A stretch of 64,000 nucleotides of DNA from an uncultured bacterium (GCA_913050175.1 CAJXAF010000002.1:185-64184), one strand, 5' to 3'; shown: positions 50,823-61,119, numbered from the stretch's first letter. Numbers and translations are program-made. The notes: generated from the sequence alone by a model not told the origin.

Positions 50823-50863
50823 CTATTTCACCTACTAGTAAATGTTTATTTTTTTATGACCCT

Positions 50864-51502
50864 TTATTGGTCTGCATACCTACTCTGAGGTAAGACTTCC
50901 AGCAACTCAGTTGCACCGCGCTCTGACTCTAAAGTAGCAAGATTGACTTTATGAACAAAAAAGTTATACATGATATAACTAGGTATAGCAACACAGAGGC
51001 CAGCAACTGTAGTAAGAAGCGCTACCCAAATACCGTCAGCTAAATCAGTAGGATTTACCATGCCAACCGTAACAGTCTTTTGGGCAATTGTACGAAAACA
51101 AATCACCAGTCCGACAACAGTACCAAGAAGACCGAGAAGTGGTGAAACATGAGAAATAGTGCTTAAGAAATTAAGATTTTTCTCAAGCTTTGGAACTTCA
51201 TATAGAGAAGCATTTTCCATAGATTCACGAATAACATCTTTTGTCTCTTCATAACGAATAAGGCCTGATTTTAAAATATTAGTAGCGTAGAAAGGGTTCT
51301 TCTCGCATAGATCAATTGCTTCGGTTATATTATTTTTGCGAACAAAATCAATGATTTGCGATATAACTGACTGAACGTTTACCTTAACACTCAAATAAAA
51401 AAATATTCTTTCAAAAATTATAGTGACAGAAAATACTGAACATAAAAAAATTGGCAGCATTAGCCACATTAATGAACTGTTCTTAGATATCAATTCCCAC
51501 AT
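50864..51502 (-). CDS. exbB: MotA/TolQ/ExbB proton channel protein
   Basis: PLLGLLGTV.G, ALLTTVAGL.VAIP. Confidence 0.9.
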   Translation of the reverse strand: MWELISKNSSLMWLMLPIFLCSVFSVTIIFERIFFYLSVKVNVQSVISQIIDFVRKNNITEAIDLCEKNPFYATNILKSGLIRYEETKDVIRESMENASLYEVPKLEKNLNFLSTISHVSPLLGLLGTVVGLVICFRTIAQKTVTVGMVNPTDLADGIWVALLTTVAGLCVAIPSYIMYNFFVHKVNLATLESERGATELLEVLPQSRYADQ

Positions 51503-51561
51503 ATTAACCTCCTTAAAAAAATATAACTTATGCTAACAAAGTGAACCTAAATCCGATTTCT

Positions 51562-54003
51562 TTAACGGACTGATTTTAGTTTCTCTAGTCTCGCTGCTGC
51601 TATCTTAGACTCTTTTACGCCTAAATCTATTATCTTTTGATAAATTTTTTTTGCCTCTGTGAAATTAGCTTCCTTTTCATAAATTCTGGCTATACGAAAG
51701 TAAGACCTGGTTTGATAATACTGCGCATCCTTGGAATATTGTTGACCGCTATCAGGCGAAAACATATAAATAATTTTAAAGTATTCATCAATGGCCTCTT
51801 TGCTCCTGCCGACTTTCTCAAGAGAAGTGCTGTAGGAAAATATTATATCCGGAGAATCAATCCCTTCATCAATAGCTTTTTTAAAGAAATTTATGGCTTG
51901 ACGATGATCTTTCATCTCTTTAAGTAAGTTTGCCTTATTCACTAAGGCAATCTTTGCTATCGGCGAAGATGAATTAATGAGTTCGTTATATATCTTTAAA
52001 GCCTCTACGCTTCTGCCCTTTTGAGCCAAAATTTCAGCTAAATAAAGCTTTCCTTTTATTGCTAACGCCGAATGTGTCTCAACTAACTTGCTAAAGTAAT
52101 CCTTAGCCTTATCCAAATCTCCTATAGACCAATAAAGGTGACCTAAAGAAAGTAAGGCTTCATTCCCCCAGGAATCGTTACCGAATTCATTAACAATCCT
52201 TAGATAATGTTTTTCTGCATCAGCATAATTGCCTTCCTTCTCCTCTAGACCACCTAAATATAACCCCACTGAAGGCCGATATTCTGATTCCGGATAAAGC
52301 TCAAGAAAAGAATTCCATGTTTTTTTAGCGTCTACATTCATCTCCAGATTAAAATAAGTATTACCAATATCAATATAAATAAATTCTTCAATATCTTTAT
52401 CCTTATTTTTTCCTGAGATTGATTTAAAAAGCTCTAATGCTTTAAGAAAGTTTCCCTCGTTAAAAAAACACTTACCATAAAGATAACGGGCCTTATAAAT
52501 ATAGCTATTCTGAGGAAACTTCTCTATAAAATCCTCTAAAAGATTCTTACTTTCAGAGTAATCTTCTTTTGAAAAATAACTTACGGCAAGGTAGTATTGT
52601 GATTGGGGAAGAAGTTTAGAGTCAGGAAATTTTTTTGCCAGATTACGAAGAGCTAAGGAAGCGCTTTTAAGATCCTTTTTTCTTAAAAAAGTAACGCCGA
52701 TTTGAAATTGTATATAATCAGCATATATAGTATTGGGGTAGCTCTTGATAATTTCATTATAAACATCTAAGGCTTGATCATATTGAGCTGTTTCTAAATA
52801 AGTGTCTGCTATTTGAATTTGGGCGCTGATTTTTACCAACACATTATCAGTAGCCTCAAAAGCACTCTCAAAGCCCTCAATTGCTTCTTTAAACTTCCCA
52901 CTTTTTAGATAGCACCAACTCAAACCATATTTAGCCTTATTAATTACATTGGCTTGTTCTTTTTCGTCAAATCTACTTAAAATATCTCTATAGGCAAAAA
53001 TTGAATCATTTAGCCTTCCCATCTCATAAAGTAAGTCAGCTTTGTTTAAATAGATAATAGGGATGAACTTACTCTGGGGGTAAGTTCTTATAAAAATATC
53101 AAAAGTATCCAGGGCTTCTATATGATTACTACTTCTAAAATAGAATACACCTTGAGAAAAAAGACGCAGCTCTTTATCCCTGATTTTATCTATATTTAAC
53201 TTAGCCTCCATTTTATTGTCAATTTCAATATAAGAAAAACCCAAACCCTGATTTATTAAATCCTCTAATTGGATACTAGGCCTCTCAAGCAAGGCCCGCT
53301 TGTGGTTATCTACTGCTAAAGCGTAGTCACCCTCTGCATACGCACCTTCGCCAAGATAGAAAAACGCCTGGGCCCTTAAGCTACCATTAGGAAAATCTTT
53401 AAGATATTGAAGACCTGACGACTTAAGAAGAGAGTTTTTTCTATTGTCAAAACAATATTTAATGAGTTTTAAATATGTGCTGTCAATTAAGTCAGTATCT
53501 TCGGACTCATCAATGATTGATCTTAATAGCTCTATGGCTTCATCTTCATTGCCTAAGGCTAAGTTATTATTAGCAATCAAATAATAACTCCACAGTTTAA
53601 ATTTTGAACTAGGATAGTGCGATATAATTTTCTCAGCATACTCAAGAGATTTTGTAAAGTTTTTACCCTTAAAATGGATTGTTGCCAGCCAGTAGTATAC
53701 CTCCTCTAAGAGTTCATGCAGATATTTGTTGGTTTCTAATTTATTGAGTACTGTTAATGCCTTAGGATAATCCTCGTTATTAAAATGGCACTTTGCTATA
53801 TAAAGTTGCGCTTCATAAAAAAGAGGACTGTCAGGGTATTCCTTGAGAAACTTTTCCAAAAGTGAAAGCGAGGCATCGTAGAAGCCGTCTGAGTAAGCTT
53901 TAACCGCAACATAAAAGCGCTCCTCTCCTTTTTCAAAGCAAAAACAACTATTGCTAATTAGTAATATTAACCCCGTTAGAATAACTATAATTTTTTTTCG
54001 CAT
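51562..54003 (-). CDS. Exported long TPR-repeat protein (CpoB/BamD-like repeats)
   Basis: Signal peptide; many TPR units ending F/Y..YP.S...A.Y.LG. Confidence 0.8.
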   Translation of the reverse strand: MRKKIIVILTGLILLISNSCFCFEKGEERFYVAVKAYSDGFYDASLSLLEKFLKEYPDSPLFYEAQLYIAKCHFNNEDYPKALTVLNKLETNKYLHELLEEVYYWLATIHFKGKNFTKSLEYAEKIISHYPSSKFKLWSYYLIANNNLALGNEDEAIELLRSIIDESEDTDLIDSTYLKLIKYCFDNRKNSLLKSSGLQYLKDFPNGSLRAQAFFYLGEGAYAEGDYALAVDNHKRALLERPSIQLEDLINQGLGFSYIEIDNKMEAKLNIDKIRDKELRLFSQGVFYFRSSNHIEALDTFDIFIRTYPQSKFIPIIYLNKADLLYEMGRLNDSIFAYRDILSRFDEKEQANVINKAKYGLSWCYLKSGKFKEAIEGFESAFEATDNVLVKISAQIQIADTYLETAQYDQALDVYNEIIKSYPNTIYADYIQFQIGVTFLRKKDLKSASLALRNLAKKFPDSKLLPQSQYYLAVSYFSKEDYSESKNLLEDFIEKFPQNSYIYKARYLYGKCFFNEGNFLKALELFKSISGKNKDKDIEEFIYIDIGNTYFNLEMNVDAKKTWNSFLELYPESEYRPSVGLYLGGLEEKEGNYADAEKHYLRIVNEFGNDSWGNEALLSLGHLYWSIGDLDKAKDYFSKLVETHSALAIKGKLYLAEILAQKGRSVEALKIYNELINSSSPIAKIALVNKANLLKEMKDHRQAINFFKKAIDEGIDSPDIIFSYSTSLEKVGRSKEAIDEYFKIIYMFSPDSGQQYSKDAQYYQTRSYFRIARIYEKEANFTEAKKIYQKIIDLGVKESKIAAARLEKLKSVR

Positions 54004-54020
54004 TTATTAGTATTTTAGGA

Positions 54021-56816
54021 TTATTTATTTTTAAACTTTTCTTTTAGGAATTTTCCTGTATATGATCTTTTTATTTTAATGACCTCCTCCGGAGAACCGC
54101 AAGCAATAAGCTCTCCTCCTTGGTCACCGCCTTCCGGACCTAAATCAATAATAAAATCAGATGATTTTATTACATCCAGATTGTGCTCAATAACTAAAAC
54201 AGTATTCTTCTTATCTACTAAACGCTGCAAAACAAAGAGCAACTTCTTAACATCATCAAAATGTAGGCCTGTAGTTGGTTCATCAAGGATATAAAGAGTT
54301 TTCCCGGTTGCTCTTTTCCTTAATTGCGAAGCCAATTTTATACGCTGAGCTTCACCTCCGGAAAGTGTAGTCGCTGACTGGCCTAAACCAATGTAACCTA
54401 AACCAACATCTTTAATTGTCTTTAAAATATTCTTAATTCTAGGGAAATTTAAAAACAACTCGTAGGCTTCATCAACATTCATAGCCAAAACACTAGCTAT
54501 GCTATGACCTTTAAATTTTACTTCTAGAGTTTGTTTATTAAATCTTTTCCCCTGACAAACCTCACAAGGTATGAAGACGTCGGGTAAAAAATGCATTTCT
54601 ATTCTCTTGGTTCCTTCACCTGAGCAAGCCTGGCACCTTCCTCCCGAAACATTAAAACTAAACCGCGCTGGCTTAAATCCTCTGGTCCTTGCCTCTGGTA
54701 GCTGGCTAAAAACCTCACGGATAAAAGTAAATACGCCTGTATACGTTGCCGGATTCGATCGCGGCGTCCTTCCAATTGGCGATTGATCTACTATAATAAC
54801 TTTATCAATATTTTCTAAACCGTCAATCTTTTTAAACTTTCCCGGTTTAAGATGAGAGTCGTAGAGGCCTTTAGCGATGGACCGATAAAGAATATCTTCT
54901 ATAAGAGTAGATTTCCCTGATCCGGAAACACCGGTTACACAAATAAAACTCTCTAAAGGTATCTTTACATCTATATTTTTTAAATTATGCTCCTTAGCGC
55001 CCCTTATAAAAAGATAGGGGTTATCTCGATAGATTCGTCTCTTTAAGGGCAAGGGTATAGACTCTACCCCTTTTAGGTATTTGGCAGTTAGAGTATTCTC
55101 TTTAAATATTGCTTCCTTCTTACCGGAAAATACAACTCTTCCTCCATGTATTCCGGCTCTCGGCCCAAGATCGACCAGCCAATCGCAAGCTCCAATCATC
55201 TGCTCATCATGTTCAACAATTATAACCGTATTACCGTTATCCTTTAATTTTTGCAAAGTAGTTATTAGTTTAATATCATCACGTGAATGCAAGCCAATAG
55301 TCGGCTCATCAAGAATATAGATTACCCCTGAGAGGGCTGAGCCAACTTGCGTTGCTAATCTTATTCTTTGGGCTTCTCCACCGGAAAGAGTATTGCTTAA
55401 TCTATCTAAAGATAGGTAAGATAAACCGACGTTATTGCAAAAAGATAAGCGCTCTTTTATCTCCTTAATTATATGTTTTGCTATTTTTTCCTCATACTCA
55501 CTTAATTTTATTTTTGAAAAAAAAGCCTTACACTCTTCTATACTCATACGGACAACATCCCAGATTGACTTGTTATTGATAAATACGGCTAAAGCTTGCC
55601 TTTTAAGACGTTGACCTCGACACTGAGGACAGGAAAGTTTGGACATATACTTAGCGATTTCCGATTTTCTATATTCACTATCGGTATTTTTAAAAGTTCT
55701 TTCAAGGTTAGGTATTACCCCTTCAAAAGGCTTATCCCAGACATCCGTATCTGAATCACCATATAAAATTTTACCCTGTATCTTCTTGGATAACTTTTTA
55801 AACGGCGTATGCATTGAAAAGCCTATTTCGCTTGCTGCTTCGCGAAGTAAAGCTTTATAATACATGATATAACCTTTACCGCCTCTACGCCAAACCTCAA
55901 TTGCCCCTTCATCGAGAGTTTTATTCTCATCAGTTATAATTAAATCAAGATCAAACTCTAGTTTTATACCTAGCCCATTACAAGCCGGACAGGCTCCATA
56001 AGGAGAATTAAAAGAAAAACTACGCGGTTGGAGTTCCTCAAAAGAAATACTACAATGGCTGCAGCTTAACTGGGTATTGTAAAAATATTCTTTTTTTATA
56101 GAATCATCAAAAATAAGACAAAATCCTTTTGAGTATTTAAGCGCCAATTCAATCGAATCTCCAATACGTTTTTTATAGTCAGATCTAACTTTTATTCTAT
56201 CGATAACAATATCAATGGTATGAATTTTATATTTACTGAGTTTGATATCTTCATCTAAATCATAAATATTACCGTCAATACGTACTCTGGCAAAACCCTC
56301 ACGTAAGAGTCTCTTGAAGAGAGCTTGGTGTTGACCTTTTTTGCCGCGAATAACAGGAGAAAGAATCAAAATCTTATGATCCCTAGGTAAACTTAAAACC
56401 CTGTCTATAATTTCACTGGAAGTCTGCTTAGTGATTGGCCGTCTGCACTTATAGCAATGAGATTTACCGATACGAGCATAAAGCAAACGGAGGTAATCAT
56501 AGACTTCAGTTTGAGTGGCTACAATTGAACGGGGTGAACCGCCGGCAGTTCTTTGCTCTATAGCAATTGCCGGAGACAAACCTTCAATATGCTCAACATC
56601 TGGTTTTTGCAGTTGATCTAAAAATTGGCGGGCATAACTTGAAAGGCTTTCAACATAGCGACGCTGACCTTCAGCGTATATCGTATCAAAAGCCAAAGAT
56701 GACTTCCCTGAACCAGAAAGACCGGTAATTACAATTAGTTGGTTTTTGGGAAGCTTGAGATTGATATTTTTTAAATTATGCTCTTTAGCTCCTTTAATAT
56801 CAATATAATTATTCAT
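54021..56816 (-). CDS. uvrA: Excinuclease ABC subunit A
   Basis: Two ABC domains (GLSGSGKSS, GVSGSGKST), LSGGEAQRI twice, Zn fingers; start set at ATG 56816. Confidence 0.98.
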   Translation of the reverse strand: MNNYIDIKGAKEHNLKNINLKLPKNQLIVITGLSGSGKSSLAFDTIYAEGQRRYVESLSSYARQFLDQLQKPDVEHIEGLSPAIAIEQRTAGGSPRSIVATQTEVYDYLRLLYARIGKSHCYKCRRPITKQTSSEIIDRVLSLPRDHKILILSPVIRGKKGQHQALFKRLLREGFARVRIDGNIYDLDEDIKLSKYKIHTIDIVIDRIKVRSDYKKRIGDSIELALKYSKGFCLIFDDSIKKEYFYNTQLSCSHCSISFEELQPRSFSFNSPYGACPACNGLGIKLEFDLDLIITDENKTLDEGAIEVWRRGGKGYIMYYKALLREAASEIGFSMHTPFKKLSKKIQGKILYGDSDTDVWDKPFEGVIPNLERTFKNTDSEYRKSEIAKYMSKLSCPQCRGQRLKRQALAVFINNKSIWDVVRMSIEECKAFFSKIKLSEYEEKIAKHIIKEIKERLSFCNNVGLSYLSLDRLSNTLSGGEAQRIRLATQVGSALSGVIYILDEPTIGLHSRDDIKLITTLQKLKDNGNTVIIVEHDEQMIGACDWLVDLGPRAGIHGGRVVFSGKKEAIFKENTLTAKYLKGVESIPLPLKRRIYRDNPYLFIRGAKEHNLKNIDVKIPLESFICVTGVSGSGKSTLIEDILYRSIAKGLYDSHLKPGKFKKIDGLENIDKVIIVDQSPIGRTPRSNPATYTGVFTFIREVFSQLPEARTRGFKPARFSFNVSGGRCQACSGEGTKRIEMHFLPDVFIPCEVCQGKRFNKQTLEVKFKGHSIASVLAMNVDEAYELFLNFPRIKNILKTIKDVGLGYIGLGQSATTLSGGEAQRIKLASQLRKRATGKTLYILDEPTTGLHFDDVKKLLFVLQRLVDKKNTVLVIEHNLDVIKSSDFIIDLGPEGGDQGGELIACGSPEEVIKIKRSYTGKFLKEKFKNK

Positions 56817-56894
56817 ATTACTTTGCAATTGGTTTTTAGAATTGATAAGGGTTAAAATTAAGGATTAGGTAACTGAACTTAAATTATTATATCG

Positions 56895-57713
56895 TCAACT
56901 ACCGATTTTAAAAGAAGAAAATAGCTTCCTAAGCAAGTATTGGGTAGAAAGAATGGCTAAAGCACTTGTTTTCGGGTTTAATCGACTAGGCATATTTTCA
57001 ACTTCAATGTTAATCTTAGCTTCCTTTGCCTCTATTCTTATAGAATGAACATTCCTTTTGAGCCGGGGATCTGCTTTTATAATGACTTTCACCTTTTTAA
57101 AGGAAGAAGCCAGGAGGAGCGTAGCAGCTACATTAATATTTTTAGGAAAACACTTAACAGCATCCTTAACACTCCCCTTAAATACTGTTTGAGTGGTTTT
57201 TAGTTTATTTAAATTTATTCGTTTCTTTTTAAGGTAATCAGCACCAACTAAACCTTTAGGAGGTTTAGAAGTTGTTAGGGTTAGGCTTTTTATACCCCCC
57301 AAACTCAAAGCTCCCAGACCATCAGCGCCGCAGATAGCTCCGGAAGGAACATAGATATTTACACCTTTATTACGGGCTTGTGTCAAAATTGATAAGTTTT
57401 TTATAAGAGCACCAACGCTTAAAATTATAACCGGCTTTCCTTTGGGTATTGCTTTTTTTAAAATATAATCAGCTGCTTTAACTGAAGCTGCCTCAATTAT
57501 TAAATCAACCCCATCAATTAACTTATCGATTCTATATACTCTGGGTTTAATGGCAATCTTCTTACGTAAAGCAATGGCCGCTTCTGGATTCATATCAGCT
57601 AAAGCGTAGAGAGACGTCTTCTCCTTTAGCTCTTTAGCAATAAATAAAGCCAGACCCTCGCCAATTGCACCACAGCCAATGATACCAATTTTTACTTTTT
57701 TATTTTTTAACAT
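56895..57713 (-). CDS. nadX: L-aspartate dehydrogenase (NAD biosynthesis)
   Basis: GCGAIG, EAAS, PSGAI.G.D, FPKNINVAA, N.H, NPKTS. Confidence 0.9.
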   Translation of the reverse strand: MLKNKKVKIGIIGCGAIGEGLALFIAKELKEKTSLYALADMNPEAAIALRKKIAIKPRVYRIDKLIDGVDLIIEAASVKAADYILKKAIPKGKPVIILSVGALIKNLSILTQARNKGVNIYVPSGAICGADGLGALSLGGIKSLTLTTSKPPKGLVGADYLKKKRINLNKLKTTQTVFKGSVKDAVKCFPKNINVAATLLLASSFKKVKVIIKADPRLKRNVHSIRIEAKEAKINIEVENMPSRLNPKTSALAILSTQYLLRKLFSSFKIGS

Positions 57714-58551
57714 TAATAATAATATTATCTATTAAACGAACATTGTCAATATATATAGCTACAGCTATTAAGGTTTTTCCATTTATCAAATTTAATTTTG
57801 TTAAAGAGTTTGCATCGAGAATTTGAATATAATCAATCTTGACTCGCGCTTTTGATCTTATGAGCTGAGTCATCTCTAATATTATTTTATCGGTATCTCT
57901 TCGACCCTTCCTTATAAGATTCCTGGCTAATGCCAGAGACTGATAAATGCACCTACTCTTTATACGAGCTTTATCATCCAGGTAAACATTGCGGGAGCTC
58001 ATTGCTAAATTATCATCTTCACGAATTATTGGTAGAATCTTAATTTTAATATTGTAATTTAAATCAGCCACTAGCTTTTTAACAATTACCCCCTGCTGGT
58101 AATCTTTTTGACCAAAATAGGCTATATCCGGATTAATAATATTAAAGAATTTAACTAATACTGTAGAAACACCTTTAAAATGTCCGGGGCGAGATTTTCC
58201 GCATAAAACCTTACTAAGCCTATCCTCGTAAACAAAAACAGAAGCGCCCTCTGGATATATTGCAGCCGACTCCGGAAAAAACAATAAATCCACCCCTTCT
58301 TTAAGTAGAGAGGCCCTATCTTGCTTTATCTTACGGGGGTACTTTCTAAAATCCTCTTTTGGCCCAAATTGAAGCGGGTTTACGAAAATACTCACGATTA
58401 AAAAATCAGATTCGGCTCGAGCCTTTCTGATTAAAGATAAGTGACCTCGATGCAGTGCTCCCATAGTCGGAACAAAGCCCAGACACAAACCTTTTGCTTT
58501 GGTTTTAGCAATAAGTTGTCTTGCCTTTTGGGGACTTTTTATTGTAATCAT
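57700..58551 (-). CDS. panC: Pantoate-beta-alanine ligase
   Basis: PTMGALHRGH, SIFVNP.QF, RPGHF.GV, FGQKDYQQ, AMSSRN, RLIDN. Confidence 0.97.
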   Translation of the reverse strand: MITIKSPQKARQLIAKTKAKGLCLGFVPTMGALHRGHLSLIRKARAESDFLIVSIFVNPLQFGPKEDFRKYPRKIKQDRASLLKEGVDLLFFPESAAIYPEGASVFVYEDRLSKVLCGKSRPGHFKGVSTVLVKFFNIINPDIAYFGQKDYQQGVIVKKLVADLNYNIKIKILPIIREDDNLAMSSRNVYLDDKARIKSRCIYQSLALARNLIRKGRRDTDKIILEMTQLIRSKARVKIDYIQILDANSLTKLNLINGKTLIAVAIYIDNVRLIDNIIINVKK

Positions 58552-58979
58552 AGTTTTATTTTCTTAACCTTATTCTTAAAATCAGGATATATCTCAAGCA
58601 ATGGCTTCATTACAAATTCCCGATTAAACATTCGCGGATGAGGTATGGTTAAGCTTTGAGTATTGATAATTTTATCTTCATATAAGAGAATATCTAAGTC
58701 CATAGTTCGGGGGGCGTTTTTTTCTCCTCTTATTCTCCCTAAATCTTTTTCAATTTTCAACAAAACTTTTAGCAAATCTTTTGGCTTTAAGGCTGTGCTC
58801 AATTGTAAGACTGCATTCAAATATTTTCCTTGCTGCGGCCCACCTTGCGGCTCAGTCTCAATAATTGAAGAAATACCCTCTATAGCTATTGATGCAATTG
58901 CTTTTAGTTTATCTACAGCCTTTTTTATATTATCTTCCCGTGCTCCTAAGTTTGAACCAATGCCAATAAAAACTCTCAT
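58548..58979 (-). CDS. folK: 6-hydroxymethyl-7,8-dihydropterin pyrophosphokinase
   Basis: GIGSNLG, YLNAV, PRTMDLDIL, IPHPRM..REFV. Confidence 0.96.
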   Translation of the reverse strand: MRVFIGIGSNLGAREDNIKKAVDKLKAIASIAIEGISSIIETEPQGGPQQGKYLNAVLQLSTALKPKDLLKVLLKIEKDLGRIRGEKNAPRTMDLDILLYEDKIINTQSLTIPHPRMFNREFVMKPLLEIYPDFKNKVKKIKL

Positions 58980-58988
58980 TTATCTTTA

Positions 58989-60590
58989 CTAAAGAAATTG
59001 ATTGGTTATGGGCATGCGCCTGTCCTTACCAAAAGCTTTAGGCGTTATTTTTATCCCGATTGGTGCCTGGCGGCGTTTATATTCATTTAAATCAACCATA
59101 CGAATTACTTTCTTAACTACTTCTTTCTTATAGCCCATTTTTACTATTTGCTCGCAAGAATAATCTTTCTCTACGTATAGTTTTAAAATTGGATCGAGCA
59201 CTCTATATACTGGCAGGCTATCACTATCCTTCTGATTAGGTTTTAATTCTGCCGAAGGTGCCCTCCTAATAACTGAATTCGGTATAAGTGTAATTTTTGA
59301 AATCTCATTTATGTAGCCGGCAATCCTATAAACTAATAGCTTAGGAACATCTTTTAAGATACCGAAACCACCAACCATATCACCGTAAAGTGTACAATAG
59401 CCGCAGGAAACTTCACTCTTATTGCCCGTATTTAAAACTAAATAACCAAATTTATTGGAAAAGGCCATTAAGATATTCCCTCTAATCCTAGCCTGAAGAT
59501 TTTCCTCGGTTACGCCTAAAATAGAACCTTTAAGATGATCACTTAACTCCTTAAGGTAAGATTGCAAAATTCTGTCAATATTGACAACTCTATGCTTTAT
59601 ACCTAGGTTCTGACAAATTTTCTTAGCATCGCGAAATGTCTCCTTAGAAGTATAATTTGAAGGCATGATCAAACCATAAACATTATTTTTGCCTAAAGCT
59701 AATCTGGCTAAACTTACAACTACAGCCGAATCAATCCCGCCGCTTACACCAACCACCACCTTGGTGAATTTATTTTTATTCACATAGTCAAAAAGACCTA
59801 GCTTTAATGCTGAGTACGCCTCTTCTTCTAATTTAGAGATTATTTTTGTCTGAGCGGATGTTTTTACTTTTTTGAGATCAAAAGTAAACAACTCTTCCTT
59901 AAATCGCTTAGCACAAGCAATTATTTTGCCGGTTTCGGATACAACCTTACTTGTTCCATCAAAAACTATCTCATCCTGGCCACCAACCAAATTGCAGTAA
60001 AAAACGCTGCTTTTTATTTTCTTTGCTGCTTTAGCTAAAATTTTCTCTCGTTGAGTAATCTTGCCCAAATGAAATGGAGACGCAGAAATATTTATAATGA
60101 AATCAATGTTTTTGCCCTTTAAGGAATCGATGATTTCATCCTCCCAGATGTCTTCGCAGATAGTAACTGCAAATGTATATTTACCAAGTTTATATAAGGG
60201 CAGGACATGCCCGGGGTAAAAGTACCTTTTTTCATCAAAGACACCGTAATTGGGAAGAATTATCTTACGATATACATCTTTGACCCTCTTATCCTGAATA
60301 ACTGCACAAGAATTAAAAAGATTACCTGCTTCTTCATCTACAAAACCAACTAAAACAGTTATCCCCTGACACTTACTTTTAATAAGACCTAAAAAATGCT
60401 TATTTCTCTTAATAAAATGAGATTTATGCAGTAGGTCTTCCGGGGGATAGCCGACTAAGGCTAACTCAGGAAAAGCAACCAGGTCAGCTCCACTTTTTCT
60501 GGCCTTGCTTATATATTGAATGATTTTTAAGGCATTACCCTCAAGATCACCAACTGTTGGATTAATTTGTCCTAATGCTATCTTAAACAT
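58989..60590 (-). CDS. nadE: Glutamine-dependent NAD+ synthetase
   Basis: Nitrilase domain (FPEL, K..LPNYGVFDEKRYF, ICEDIW) plus SGGIDS, ENLQARIRG, PSAEL. Confidence 0.97.
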   Translation of the reverse strand: MFKIALGQINPTVGDLEGNALKIIQYISKARKSGADLVAFPELALVGYPPEDLLHKSHFIKRNKHFLGLIKSKCQGITVLVGFVDEEAGNLFNSCAVIQDKRVKDVYRKIILPNYGVFDEKRYFYPGHVLPLYKLGKYTFAVTICEDIWEDEIIDSLKGKNIDFIINISASPFHLGKITQREKILAKAAKKIKSSVFYCNLVGGQDEIVFDGTSKVVSETGKIIACAKRFKEELFTFDLKKVKTSAQTKIISKLEEEAYSALKLGLFDYVNKNKFTKVVVGVSGGIDSAVVVSLARLALGKNNVYGLIMPSNYTSKETFRDAKKICQNLGIKHRVVNIDRILQSYLKELSDHLKGSILGVTEENLQARIRGNILMAFSNKFGYLVLNTGNKSEVSCGYCTLYGDMVGGFGILKDVPKLLVYRIAGYINEISKITLIPNSVIRRAPSAELKPNQKDSDSLPVYRVLDPILKLYVEKDYSCEQIVKMGYKKEVVKKVIRMVDLNEYKRRQAPIGIKITPKAFGKDRRMPITNQFL

Positions 60591-60672
60591 CTTGGCTAAT
60601 TATACCCCTTTTTCTCATCACTTCCCACCTCTTTCTTCACTCCCCACTCCCCTCTCTTTCTCTACACTCTCT

Positions 60673-61119
60673 TCACCTGGATTTACTGTCCAAAATAATA
60701 TTAACCGGTCCGTTAAGAGAAAGGTCTATATCCATATGCTTACCAAAACTACCCTTTTTTACAACTACACCATAGTTTAAAAGACATTGGACAAACTCGT
60801 CAAATAAAGAGCTGGCCTCTATCGGAGCCATAGTATCATCAAAAGATGGACGCCGGCCGCGACTAGTTCGAGCACAAAGTGTAAAATTAGGTATGCATAA
60901 AAGCTCTAGATTTAGATCTTTAAGCGAATAGTCCATCTTAGCTTTATCGTTGGCAAAAATTCTTAAATTTATAACTTTATTTGCCATTTCCTTGGCGACT
61001 AAATCATTATCTCCTTTTTCTATACCAACAAATAAAACCAAACCCCTATTGCAGCTGGATACAGTGGCGCTATCTACCTTTACAGAACCTTGGTTAATTT
61101 TTGAAAGAAGAATTTTCAT
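60673..61119 (-). CDS. dtd: D-aminoacyl-tRNA deacylase (divergent)
   Basis: GLVLFVGI, LRIF, NFTL, GRRPSF, G.FG..M, GPV. Confidence 0.85.
   Translation of the reverse strand: MKILLSKINQGSVKVDSATVSSCNRGLVLFVGIEKGDNDLVAKEMANKVINLRIFANDKAKMDYSLKDLNLELLCIPNFTLCARTSRGRRPSFDDTMAPIEASSLFDEFVQCLLNYGVVVKKGSFGKHMDIDLSLNGPVNIILDSKSR

Noticed and set aside
51562-54003. Repeat array or CRISPR-like periodicity
   Set aside because: Periodicity is protein-level TPR repetition; no identical DNA repeats with spacers were seen anywhere in the window
56817-56894. LexA/SOS box upstream of uvrA
   Set aside because: No CTGT-N8-ACAG, GAAC-N4-GTTC or TGTTC-N4-GAACA palindrome visible
60630-60675. Selenocysteine or other readthrough of the dtd TGA stop
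   Set aside because: DTD is already full length; the downstream frame is low-complexity, stops again after 11 codons, and shows no SECIS-like stem
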